Shown one piece after another: positions 57,027 through 64,000 of a DNA stretch of 64,000 bases. Position numbers and translations under genes: made by a program. Positions within the stretch are counted from its first letter, which is position 1, and the number at the start of each line of letters is the position of its first letter. A model generated the notes under the pieces. It searched no databases. It saw nothing but the letters and a program-made list of their open reading frames with translations, and had not been told where the DNA came from. The stretch is from a virus: positions 38,269 through 102,268 of the IMG/VR virus record IMGVR_UViG_3300020203_000013, one strand, 5' to 3'.

Positions 57027-57568
57027 TTCTGTATCTCTAATATGACCACATCTTGTGGGTCTATGAAATCACCATAGTCTTCCTCTTTAGTTGACTGTTT
57101 AATTTCATTTATAAACCATAGCGTGTTATAGGTATTTTCATTATAAATTTTATCTAAATTTATTGCGTTTAGACAGTTAAGATCCTTAGTATCATGAAAG
57201 CATTGGATGGGATTTATCTGCATCTTCAGGTCCGTATGATGCTGATTAATATTCGACCAATAAGACATCCATACAGATATATTATCTATTGAAACTACTC
57301 TAGACTTCGTATTTAACTGATACGGGCAGAGAAAGCTTTCGTCTATTTTTCCAACTAAGTATCGCCTAAAGAGTTCTGTATCCCATATAAAGGTAACCTT
57401 AGCTCTGTAGAAATCCCCAAATCCCATACCAGAACCTCCGCCCTCTTCTTCATCTCGGTCTCTTAAAAAGTTAAATATTGCGGTAGGGGACTTGCGGTCC
57501 CCTATTAAGGTTTTTAATTGTCTATTTTTTAACTTAAGCCAGAACTCACCTATGGAATTAATCGACAT
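57023..57568 (-). CDS. Array-family small protein
   Basis: ENTYNTLWFI. Confidence 0.6.
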   Translation of the reverse strand: MSINSIGEFWLKLKNRQLKTLIGDRKSPTAIFNFLRDRDEEEGGGSGMGFGDFYRAKVTFIWDTELFRRYLVGKIDESFLCPYQLNTKSRVVSIDNISVWMSYWSNINQHHTDLKMQINPIQCFHDTKDLNCLNAINLDKIYNENTYNTLWFINEIKQSTKEEDYGDFIDPQDVVILEIQK

Positions 57569-57938
57569 ATTCCAAGCCCTTTAAGTAAGTATGGTCTATG
57601 CCGTGTAAGTAAGTTTCCTGCGTTAAATATAATCCGAAGTTATCCTTAAAATTAAGGGTCGGATGAATACAAATACTTATATAAAAGACCGTCTCCGGTC
57701 CCGATCTGTTAAAGTATCTAAAAAATCCAATTATATCTTCTCCACTAAAGTTAATAGTAACTTGGATTTTTTCTAAGTGCTGTCCAAGGTTAGGCATACT
57801 CTTACTATCCGTAAAATCTACTAAATCGTTTAAGGCTTTTTGATAGTCGTAAGAAAGCTCTAGGTTTATAAGTTCAACCTTATTAATAATCATCCTACGC
57901 AAATTATCGTTATATATCTTACTTAATAAATTCTTCAT
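57558..57938 (-). CDS. Array-family small protein
   Basis: N-term NLLSKIYND. Confidence 0.6.
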   Translation of the reverse strand: MKNLLSKIYNDNLRRMIINKVELINLELSYDYQKALNDLVDFTDSKSMPNLGQHLEKIQVTINFSGEDIIGFFRYFNRSGPETVFYISICIHPTLNFKDNFGLYLTQETYLHGIDHTYLKGLEYVD

Positions 57939-57958
57939 ACAATAAGTCTGTCGGCATA

Positions 57959-58318
57959 TTAGGGTAAATTCTTTAGTAAATTTTCATCGTACTTGAGAAT
58001 GCTCCATTGGTCCCCGTAAGTACTTATGCGGGCCCTATACCTCCTAGGCCGTACCTTTCCTGGCCGTACCTCCTTAGGATGAAAATTTAAATATGCAGCA
58101 CCTACCGATTCATCACTTACCGACGATAGCTCTCCTTCAAGAAAGTGGCACCTACAGGGCTCGGTTCTCCAGGGTACACGTTTAATCTTTAGTAGGACAT
58201 TTATTCTAGCAGAAGGAACAGATTTTAAGTAGCTTATTATACCCTCAAGCCCTTCAACAGGTAAAGGTTTAAAGGCACCATCCATCATCTTTTCAAGCAG
58301 TCTAGCTGATATTGACAC
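57959..58318 (-). CDS. Array-family small protein
   Basis: Start reassigned to GTG 58318 (GGAGG 6 nt upstream) giving MSISARLLEKM; C-term ISTYGDQWSIL. Confidence 0.6.
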   Translation of the reverse strand: MSISARLLEKMMDGAFKPLPVEGLEGIISYLKSVPSARINVLLKIKRVPWRTEPCRCHFLEGELSSVSDESVGAAYLNFHPKEVRPGKVRPRRYRARISTYGDQWSILKYDENLLKNLP

Positions 58319-58400
58319 TAGTAACCTCCAGAACTTCCCAACTTTTACCATACCCTTCAAGCAAGACTATATCTGATAGTTTTTTCAATAGGTAACTCAT
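58302..58400 (-). CDS. 32-aa mini-member of array family (internal deletion product)
   Basis: Hand-translated MSYLLKKLSDIVLLEGYGKSWEVLEVTSVNIS*; ATGA overlap with upstream gene. Confidence 0.5.
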   Translation of the reverse strand: MSYLLKKLSDIVLLEGYGKSWEVLEVTSVNIS

Positions 58401-58717
58401 TTTAGCGCCGCCCAAACTTTACCATAATCTTTAGTATTAAAAACAAAAGTACTTATATGTACTCCTTTCTCATTAATATACTTCTCTACTGGGACTGCAT
58501 AAATACTGGTCCCGTCCGTTAAGAAGATAGATATGTTAGATAGAAATATCCTAGACTCTTCAAGGTTAACCATTTTAAGTTGAGGGCTTACATCGCTAGT
58601 ACTGGCGTTAAGCCATATATCTACTACCCTACAAAATGAGTAGACATCATGAGCTTTCTCGGTGTTTACCAGATGGAGGAGGCTTTTCCTATAGAATTTG
58701 TTTAATAGATAATTCAT
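58397..58717 (-). CDS. Array-family small protein (recent duplicate, copy A)
   Basis: MNYLLNKFY...KDYGKVWAALK. Confidence 0.7.
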   Translation of the reverse strand: MNYLLNKFYRKSLLHLVNTEKAHDVYSFCRVVDIWLNASTSDVSPQLKMVNLEESRIFLSNISIFLTDGTSIYAVPVEKYINEKGVHISTFVFNTKDYGKVWAALK

Positions 58718-59067
58718 TTTTTAAGTACCCACCATGACGTTGTGTACGAAGACTCTTCAAAAAAAAGAGGCTGGCCTTCCTCGTAGTAAAGCACGTGAAA
58801 CCTAAAGTAGACACGATCTCTGTACAACCTGTTGGCAGTACATTGGCTAATAAGGGTACCAGTCGTTTTTACCAAAATCCCATCTTCCATTCTTTGTATT
58901 ATAGTTACATTCCGTAAATAGCCATAATCATTAAACGAACTATAATAAAATGCTTTTTTTACTCTATGTAAATCCTCTATCATTTTTCGGTCAGTGATCT
59001 CTCTTTCTAATCCTTTCTGATTTAAAGCAGTTAATCCTTTAGTTAATCCTTCAGTTATGTAACTCAT
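58714..59067 (-). CDS. Array-family small protein
   Basis: Start ATG 59067 (ATGA overlap); C-term ESSYTTSWWVL. Confidence 0.6.
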   Translation of the reverse strand: MSYITEGLTKGLTALNQKGLEREITDRKMIEDLHRVKKAFYYSSFNDYGYLRNVTIIQRMEDGILVKTTGTLISQCTANRLYRDRVYFRFHVLYYEEGQPLFFEESSYTTSWWVLKK

Positions 59068-59393
59068 TTTAGCGCCGCCCAAACTTTACCATAATCTTTA
59101 GTATTTAAAACAAAACAACTTATATGTACTCCTTGCGTATCAATATACTTCTCTACTGTGCCTGCATAAAAACGGGTCCCGTCCGTTAAATCAATAGATA
59201 TGTTAGATAGAAATACCCGACCCTCGGCAAGATGAACAATTTTAAGTTGGATATAGGTAAATTTGTAGTCCCCACCGTCACCTTTATACCATATATCTAC
59301 TACCCTACAAAATGAGTAGACATCATGAGCTTTCTCGGTGTTTACCAGATGGAGGAGGCTTTTCCTATAGAATTTGTTTAATAAATAATTCAT
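59064..59393 (-). CDS. Array-family small protein (recent duplicate, copy B)
   Basis: MNYLLNKFY...KDYGKVWAALK. Confidence 0.7.
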   Translation of the reverse strand: MNYLLNKFYRKSLLHLVNTEKAHDVYSFCRVVDIWYKGDGGDYKFTYIQLKIVHLAEGRVFLSNISIDLTDGTRFYAGTVEKYIDTQGVHISCFVLNTKDYGKVWAALK

Positions 59394-59394
59394 T

Positions 59395-59787
59395 TTAGTG
59401 TATTTTTATAATATCCCATCCTATTCCTAGATCAGATATTCTTAATTTAACTCTATGTAAGTTAGGACTAGTTGGGCAGTATACGTCTGTTATCCATAAA
59501 TGGTCCCCAAACACTGCCACGTCCCCAAAAAACTCATCCGTGTTACGAGAATGCAAGGTAAAATCCCTATATACGTAAAATAAATTACTATTACTACTAT
59601 CTCTATACTCTACTATGCTCATTTTAATCAGTCTGTCAGTTAAAAATCTTCTGTAAAGTCCATACGGCATAATAGCCTTATCCTTAGACCTAAGACCTAT
59701 TAGATTTTTTATTTCGCTTGAAGTATACCCTTTAAATAGATCAACCAGTCTCCAGGTAAATACTTTCTCTAGTAGTCTATTCTTCAT
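59395..59787 (-). CDS. Array-family small protein
   Basis: RLLEKVF; ISDLGIGWDII. Confidence 0.6.
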   Translation of the reverse strand: MKNRLLEKVFTWRLVDLFKGYTSSEIKNLIGLRSKDKAIMPYGLYRRFLTDRLIKMSIVEYRDSSNSNLFYVYRDFTLHSRNTDEFFGDVAVFGDHLWITDVYCPTSPNLHRVKLRISDLGIGWDIIKIH

Positions 59788-60148
59788 CTTCTAAAATTAC
59801 CCACCACTGCTCTTTATAAGTTCTTTCGGAATACTCTTTACTCTCTTGCTTTCCCCCACCAGATTCCTTGCCTACAAAAGAGTAATACCTGTACGTAAAT
59901 CCTATTAATAAGTCTTCATAGTTATCTTTTAAAGACCCCTTTAATATTCTATACGGCCTCTCTTTACTTCTAGTTTTATTGACTAAAGTAACTTTAATTG
60001 GCAACTTACTTTCTAATCTTCTATCAATATCATTTAAACTAGCTACTCTAGACCTCTCCCCTGATATTAAATCCAGAATAGACTCCTGATAGGAATCCTG
60101 CACCCTCTTTAAGTGATTAGTATATAGCCGGTTCAGTAATAAGTTCAT
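59777..60148 (-). CDS. Array-family small protein
   Basis: LLLNRLY; RTYKEQWWVI. Confidence 0.6.
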   Translation of the reverse strand: MNLLLNRLYTNHLKRVQDSYQESILDLISGERSRVASLNDIDRRLESKLPIKVTLVNKTRSKERPYRILKGSLKDNYEDLLIGFTYRYYSFVGKESGGGKQESKEYSERTYKEQWWVILEDEE

Positions 60149-60462
60149 TTAATCTCCGTAAAGTCAGTTATCCACCAGTCTACCCCGTATGTATGCTCAT
60201 CAAACCTTAAACCACACTTACTACCTAACATTAGAGAATCTTCTAACACATACTCGTTCCCTATTGGATCAAATATAAGTTTACCCTTACGTAATATTCC
60301 AACTCGGAAATAACTCTTATCCAGAATAGTAGCTTGACAATTTATACCTTGACTTAAATATGACTTTCTAATCATAATTATAGGCACAACTATAGGTAAG
60401 ACATTAATCTTAGTTTCTCCTAAACACTTGAGGTACAATTTTAATAGTAGTGATGAGTTCAT
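60145..60462 (-). CDS. Array-family small protein
   Basis: SLLLKLY; HTYGVDWWIT. Confidence 0.6.
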   Translation of the reverse strand: MNSSLLLKLYLKCLGETKINVLPIVVPIIMIRKSYLSQGINCQATILDKSYFRVGILRKGKLIFDPIGNEYVLEDSLMLGSKCGLRFDEHTYGVDWWITDFTEIK

Positions 60463-60836
60463 TTATCTAGGTGAACCTTAAAAATAAAAACCGTTTTACC
60501 TATCTGATCTAACTCAAATCCTACATAATTTAAGTCCGTACTAGTATTATAAAAATAAGCCCCACCTGGGCCAGAGTTTATGGCAAATTCCACAGCGTCA
60601 ACAACAGCTAAACGAGCTACTTCTATAGGGAGTTCCCATAGACCAAAGATTGAATCTCCGCCAGTCTGAAATCGAATTGGAATATGAACAAAGGAGAGAG
60701 TAATCTTTCCATCCACCATCAAAGACCTTATCGAGTCTTCATCAAACCCCAAAGCGTAAGTACTCATAACCCTTTTTATTTCGGAGTATGTTAAAGATTT
60801 TATATATTGCAAAAAAACTTTATTTAAGAGGGTCAT
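60459..60836 (-). CDS. Array-family small protein
   Basis: Start ATG 60836 (MTLLNKVF, ATGA overlap); DQIGKTVFIF. Confidence 0.6.
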   Translation of the reverse strand: MTLLNKVFLQYIKSLTYSEIKRVMSTYALGFDEDSIRSLMVDGKITLSFVHIPIRFQTGGDSIFGLWELPIEVARLAVVDAVEFAINSGPGGAYFYNTSTDLNYVGFELDQIGKTVFIFKVHLDK

Positions 60837-61318
60837 ATATTTCCCGCCGTTCCCGTTGTTGGCGCTGTTGTTAAAGGGTCCCATCCTGAGAGAAGCCACG
60901 CTCCAGACTCAACTAAACTCAAAATTTCTGCCAGAGTTAAAATTAGATAGTATCGAAAGCCATCTCCATTCAGGCTATAAAAAGTTATATTGTATTCTAT
61001 TTCCTCTAAAGGTTTAGTTAACTCCGCAAAAACTCCTCCTACCTTAATTTTTACAGTGTTAATATATACGTACCCCTCAGTATACGCAACGGCAAAAGGG
61101 ATTTGACTAACTGGAGGGGGTACCCAATCTCCTGTTTTAAGCATAAAAGTTATAGCATTGGAATTTAGTATCTTCTTCCTAACAAAATAGCTTTTTAATC
61201 CAAACTTCCTCTGAGCCTGTAAGCTTATCTGCTGTAGCCGTGTTGGGCGAAGGGGTATTAGTTTATAAGTCATACGGATACTATCGGCAGGGGCCTTCCA
61301 AACCTTGAGCCTTTTCAA
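60833..61318 (-). CDS. Hypothetical protein
   Basis: TTG start with AGGAGG SD upstream; family motifs weak or absent. Confidence 0.5.
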   Translation of the reverse strand: MKRLKVWKAPADSIRMTYKLIPLRPTRLQQISLQAQRKFGLKSYFVRKKILNSNAITFMLKTGDWVPPPVSQIPFAVAYTEGYVYINTVKIKVGGVFAELTKPLEEIEYNITFYSLNGDGFRYYLILTLAEILSLVESGAWLLSGWDPLTTAPTTGTAGNI

Positions 61319-61476
61319 CCGAGTGCCCTCCTAAAAACCCCGCACTCAACCGATTTTTTTTGGGGCTCCCTCTAATAGTTTAACTATGGGTTAGTAGTCA
61401 ATTATATCTTGTAATATCAAGTAGTTAGAGTACTTATACCCATTCATAATTTTATAATTAAGCATATAATCAATAG

Positions 61477-61848
61477 TTAATTAAACTTATGTTCCGATAA
61501 TCTAGATAAAACCCATTCAGCACCATAACTTTCTCTTCTGTATATACCCATCGTACCTAAAACCCCGCCTACTAAACATATTGATTGCCACTGACCTACT
61601 TTAAAAAATCCAGAGGGCATATTACCTATTATAAATTTACCTATTATATTTTCAGGGGGGAGTGTTTGCCTGGAACGTGCTACAATTACGTCCAGCTTTA
61701 TGCCATATTCACCGTAATACTGATAGTCTAAATACCTATCTAATTCTTGTAGAGTATATGCATAAACTTCTTTCCCACAGAACTTTGTAGGAAGATAATC
61801 CTTTAATACATGCTTATCATATAACTTATCTAATAGCTTATTTCTCAT
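61477..61848 (-). CDS. Array-family small protein
   Basis: KLLDKLY; ESYGAEWVL. Confidence 0.6.
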   Translation of the reverse strand: MRNKLLDKLYDKHVLKDYLPTKFCGKEVYAYTLQELDRYLDYQYYGEYGIKLDVIVARSRQTLPPENIIGKFIIGNMPSGFFKVGQWQSICLVGGVLGTMGIYRRESYGAEWVLSRLSEHKFN

Positions 61849-62258
61849 TTAAAATATAACGGCTCAGGCTTCTTAATAGTATCAATACTAAATTTCAATA
61901 TAAAAACAGTTCTACTTAAATTAAGGACACTAAAAGATTGCAAATCAGAATTATATATATCAGTTACAAAATAACGTCCACTATCTAGATGACCTAGATA
62001 AGTACCTCTACGTTCATATTCCACCTGGAAGGGTTGGTTTATCATTATATATTTAATTTTACCTTTTGGTTCAGTTAATACTACTACTGTTAATTTTATT
62101 TCTTTATAGGGGGATAAGTCTTTATCAAAGTAAAGCTTGTTCAGTGCTTCCCCATCTACACAAACTTGATTCCTATTCAAGAAAGAATGTAACTCTTTAG
62201 TCCCCAAATTTTTAAGGAAGTTAATATATACTTTTTCCATTGACATGGATTTATACAT
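61845..62258 (-). CDS. Array-family small protein
   Basis: MEKVYINFL; LNLSRTVFIL; exact start uncertain. Confidence 0.55.
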   Translation of the reverse strand: MYKSMSMEKVYINFLKNLGTKELHSFLNRNQVCVDGEALNKLYFDKDLSPYKEIKLTVVVLTEPKGKIKYIMINQPFQVEYERRGTYLGHLDSGRYFVTDIYNSDLQSFSVLNLSRTVFILKFSIDTIKKPEPLYFK

Positions 62259-62640
62259 GGTGTATCTCAACTATAAACCAGGTATTACCTAAGTCGTCTA
62301 GCCTTAATCTGGTAGGTTTTTTAGTAAGACGATCAATCCTTTCTAGGTAATCAGGGTGATTAGGGCAATTATCACCATTACCACAAGCAGGACTTACTAA
62401 ATCCCAGGGTTCTTTATATACGAAGACCTGGGGATGAATACCCGACTCATGTACGTAAGCGGGAGAGGAGAGGGTTAAGTTAATTGGTCCAATATATTTA
62501 GTATACCCTTCTTTAGTTTTATAGAATGAGTTAATTATAGTTTCCCTTGTTATACCTTTAGCAAGGAATTCATCTTTTGCATCCTTATTAATACCTTCTA
62601 CAATCCTTATACACATTTTTTTTAAAATGGGGTTATGCAT
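62251..62640 (-). CDS. Array-family small protein
   Basis: PILKKM; DDLGNTWFIV. Confidence 0.6.
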   Translation of the reverse strand: MHNPILKKMCIRIVEGINKDAKDEFLAKGITRETIINSFYKTKEGYTKYIGPINLTLSSPAYVHESGIHPQVFVYKEPWDLVSPACGNGDNCPNHPDYLERIDRLTKKPTRLRLDDLGNTWFIVEIHHV

Positions 62641-62989
62641 CGTATACCTTAAGTATAAACCAAGTAAGATCCTGTTCCGATAGGGGAAACCTTTTACAAT
62701 CAGAAAACTCTCCCTGAGGAAGTCTTACTCGCAGATGACCTTCCTGTATAGTAAACTGTTGATTTATCAATAAGATAGGTCCCACAGCATCTGTAGGATA
62801 TTTTTTACCCTTAATAATAGTTAGGTTCCTAAACCCAGTTAGACCACCTAAGTAATCAAAAGTAAATAACTTTGTTAGTTCTAGTAAAGGTAGAATAATC
62901 CTATTCTTATTAATAAAAGCTAGAAAATCTGTATGATCCATCCCCTCTATACAAGATTTATATATATTATTTAATATATGGGTGTTCAT
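62633..62989 (-). CDS. Array-family small protein
   Basis: HILNNIY; SEQDLTWFIL. Confidence 0.6.
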   Translation of the reverse strand: MNTHILNNIYKSCIEGMDHTDFLAFINKNRIILPLLELTKLFTFDYLGGLTGFRNLTIIKGKKYPTDAVGPILLINQQFTIQEGHLRVRLPQGEFSDCKRFPLSEQDLTWFILKVYDA

Positions 62990-63136
62990 GTCTTTAACCT
63001 ATAATTCATTAAGTAGTCTATCGACACTAAGTCTAAATAACTTTATATATATATATTTATTTCACTATGGGGTAGAACATATATTAAGTGCCCAAAATTA
63101 TTTCTGATTCTATTGGTATTAAATATAAGGGGTTTA

Positions 63137-63514
63137 TCACCAGTGCTTAGAAAAGTTTAATATCCAATAAGTCTTGTTAACATCTTCAATTAGAAATTGT
63201 GTCGCGATCCCCTTATTATGTTCGAAGCGGGAGATCACTGTAAAACTACCCTTCTCAAAACTGTTATTGCCATACAAGTGTGCAAAACCATAACCTAGTT
63301 TATAACACACTATTCCCTCTAAAGAGGTAGATATTGCTGCATAGGTAACAACTTGATAAGAATCAAAACGTAATTCAGTCTTGAATATACTAAATAATTG
63401 CTCAGAGTCTAAGGGTTTACTAGAATTCTTACAAAGACTTTTAATACCATCGGAGTCTAGTCCATGTAAAAACTTCCAATAAAGCCTCTTTAATAGTTCT
63501 TTATTCATGGACAT
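63137..63514 (-). CDS. Array-family small protein
   Basis: MSMNKELLKRLY; EDVNKTYWIL. Confidence 0.6.
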   Translation of the reverse strand: MSMNKELLKRLYWKFLHGLDSDGIKSLCKNSSKPLDSEQLFSIFKTELRFDSYQVVTYAAISTSLEGIVCYKLGYGFAHLYGNNSFEKGSFTVISRFEHNKGIATQFLIEDVNKTYWILNFSKHW

Positions 63515-63920
63515 TTAGTATCCACCAGTGAATGTTCAAATCACCAACTAGCAGTTCGTTCATTTGAACGTGAGGTATGTAGTCCTTCTCCCAATAACGA
63601 AGTTGTTGCGCCTTCTTCCCCCAATAACGAAGTTGTTGCCCCTTACCCGTGATGTGTATCTCTTGGTCTAGATAAAGATGGTAGTTAAGGTCATCCCAGT
63701 TCCAACATACAAATGTAGCCTTGAAAGACGTGAAGTGCGGGTTATGTATTGCTTTTTTTCGTACTGTCTCTAAAAATGCCTTCATTTTCTCAGGCCTTGA
63801 AGACTTCTTATAGCAATCAATATGATTCTCCAACTTTAGATATATGCTATCTCCCTTTTTATAAAGATCCGTCAGCGTTCTAAAGTATATTTTATCTAAT
63901 AGTTCTTTATTCATGGACAT
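63501..63920 (-). CDS. Array-family small protein
   Basis: MSMNKELLDKIY; GDLNIHWWIL; internal QQLRYW duplication. Confidence 0.6.
   Translation of the reverse strand: MSMNKELLDKIYFRTLTDLYKKGDSIYLKLENHIDCYKKSSRPEKMKAFLETVRKKAIHNPHFTSFKATFVCWNWDDLNYHLYLDQEIHITGKGQQLRYWGKKAQQLRYWEKDYIPHVQMNELLVGDLNIHWWILNVHE
63590..63639. repeat. 30-nt-period tandem duplication (QQLRYW x2)
   Basis: CCCAATAACGAAGTTGTTGC at 63590 and 63620. Confidence 0.85.
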
Positions 63921-64000
63921 TTAGTATCCACCAGTCAATGTTCAAACCAGAAACTGACAGGTCGTTCATTGGAGCGTGAGGCATGTCCTTATCCCAATAA
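63907..64000 (-). CDS. 3' end of another array-family gene (close paralog of 63501-63920)
   Basis: Hand-translated ...YWDKDMPHAPMNDLSVSGLNIDWWILNVHE*. Confidence 0.7.
   Translation of the reverse strand, partial: YWDKDMPHAPMNDLSVSGLNIDWWILNVHE

Larger units (their letters stand above)
58392..59396. repeat. Direct repeat of ~330 bp (about 58392-58720 and 59059-59396)
   Basis: Near-identical ends and divergent middle, visible by direct alignment. Confidence 0.9.

Noticed and set aside
58392-59396. Diversity-generating retroelement TR/VR pair
   Set aside because: Differences are not restricted to adenines (T/G, C/T, C/G and an indel occur), both copies are intact genes, and no reverse transcriptase is present in the window
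61319-61476. Packaging/terminus or recombination site (GC-rich patch with T8 run, TAACTACTTGATATTAC)
   Set aside because: Single occurrence with no supporting repeat; cannot be distinguished from an ordinary promoter/SD region without read-end data
1-64000. Stop-codon reassignment (TAG or TGA), as in some large phages
   Set aside because: Conserved genes are full length in the standard code, and all three stops end genes at tight junctions

Overview
AT-rich (roughly 35% GC, estimated by eye) segment of a large tailed dsDNA phage (Caudoviricetes, probably jumbo-sized, standard genetic code). 1-22.3 kb (minus strand): virion morphogenesis module with putative TerS, TerL, portal, prohead protease carrying DUF6582-like repeats, scaffold, decoration protein, HK97-type major capsid protein, head-tail connectors, a membrane/lysis-like trio, tail completion protein, a two-domain major tail tube protein, an inserted homing endonuclease and tail chaperones. 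22-38.8 kb: dNMP kinase, methionine aminopeptidase, actin-like ATPase, orphan C-terminal half of a C5-methyltransferase next to a Vsr-like nuclease, DnaX/HolA-like clamp loader, and a plus-strand block (DEDDh exonuclease, MoxR AAA+ with peptidase-VWA partner, UDG). 38.8-49.2 kb: an 11-gene sugar biosynthesis/glycosyltransferase cluster with an oppositely oriented NDP-sugar cassette. 49.6-51 kb: ssb and a ~420-nt non-coding region tiled with stem-loops. 49-64 kb: the most striking element, a tandem array of about 30 small, highly divergent ORFs sharing an N-terminal LLxKLY-type helix and a C-terminal (D/E/T)YGxTWW(I/V)-type motif, with signs of ongoing duplication, internal deletion and mostly non-synonymous diversification. 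A recurring intergenic GTACTAT motif looks like a phage-specific (late) promoter. All family assignments come from motif recognition, not database searches.
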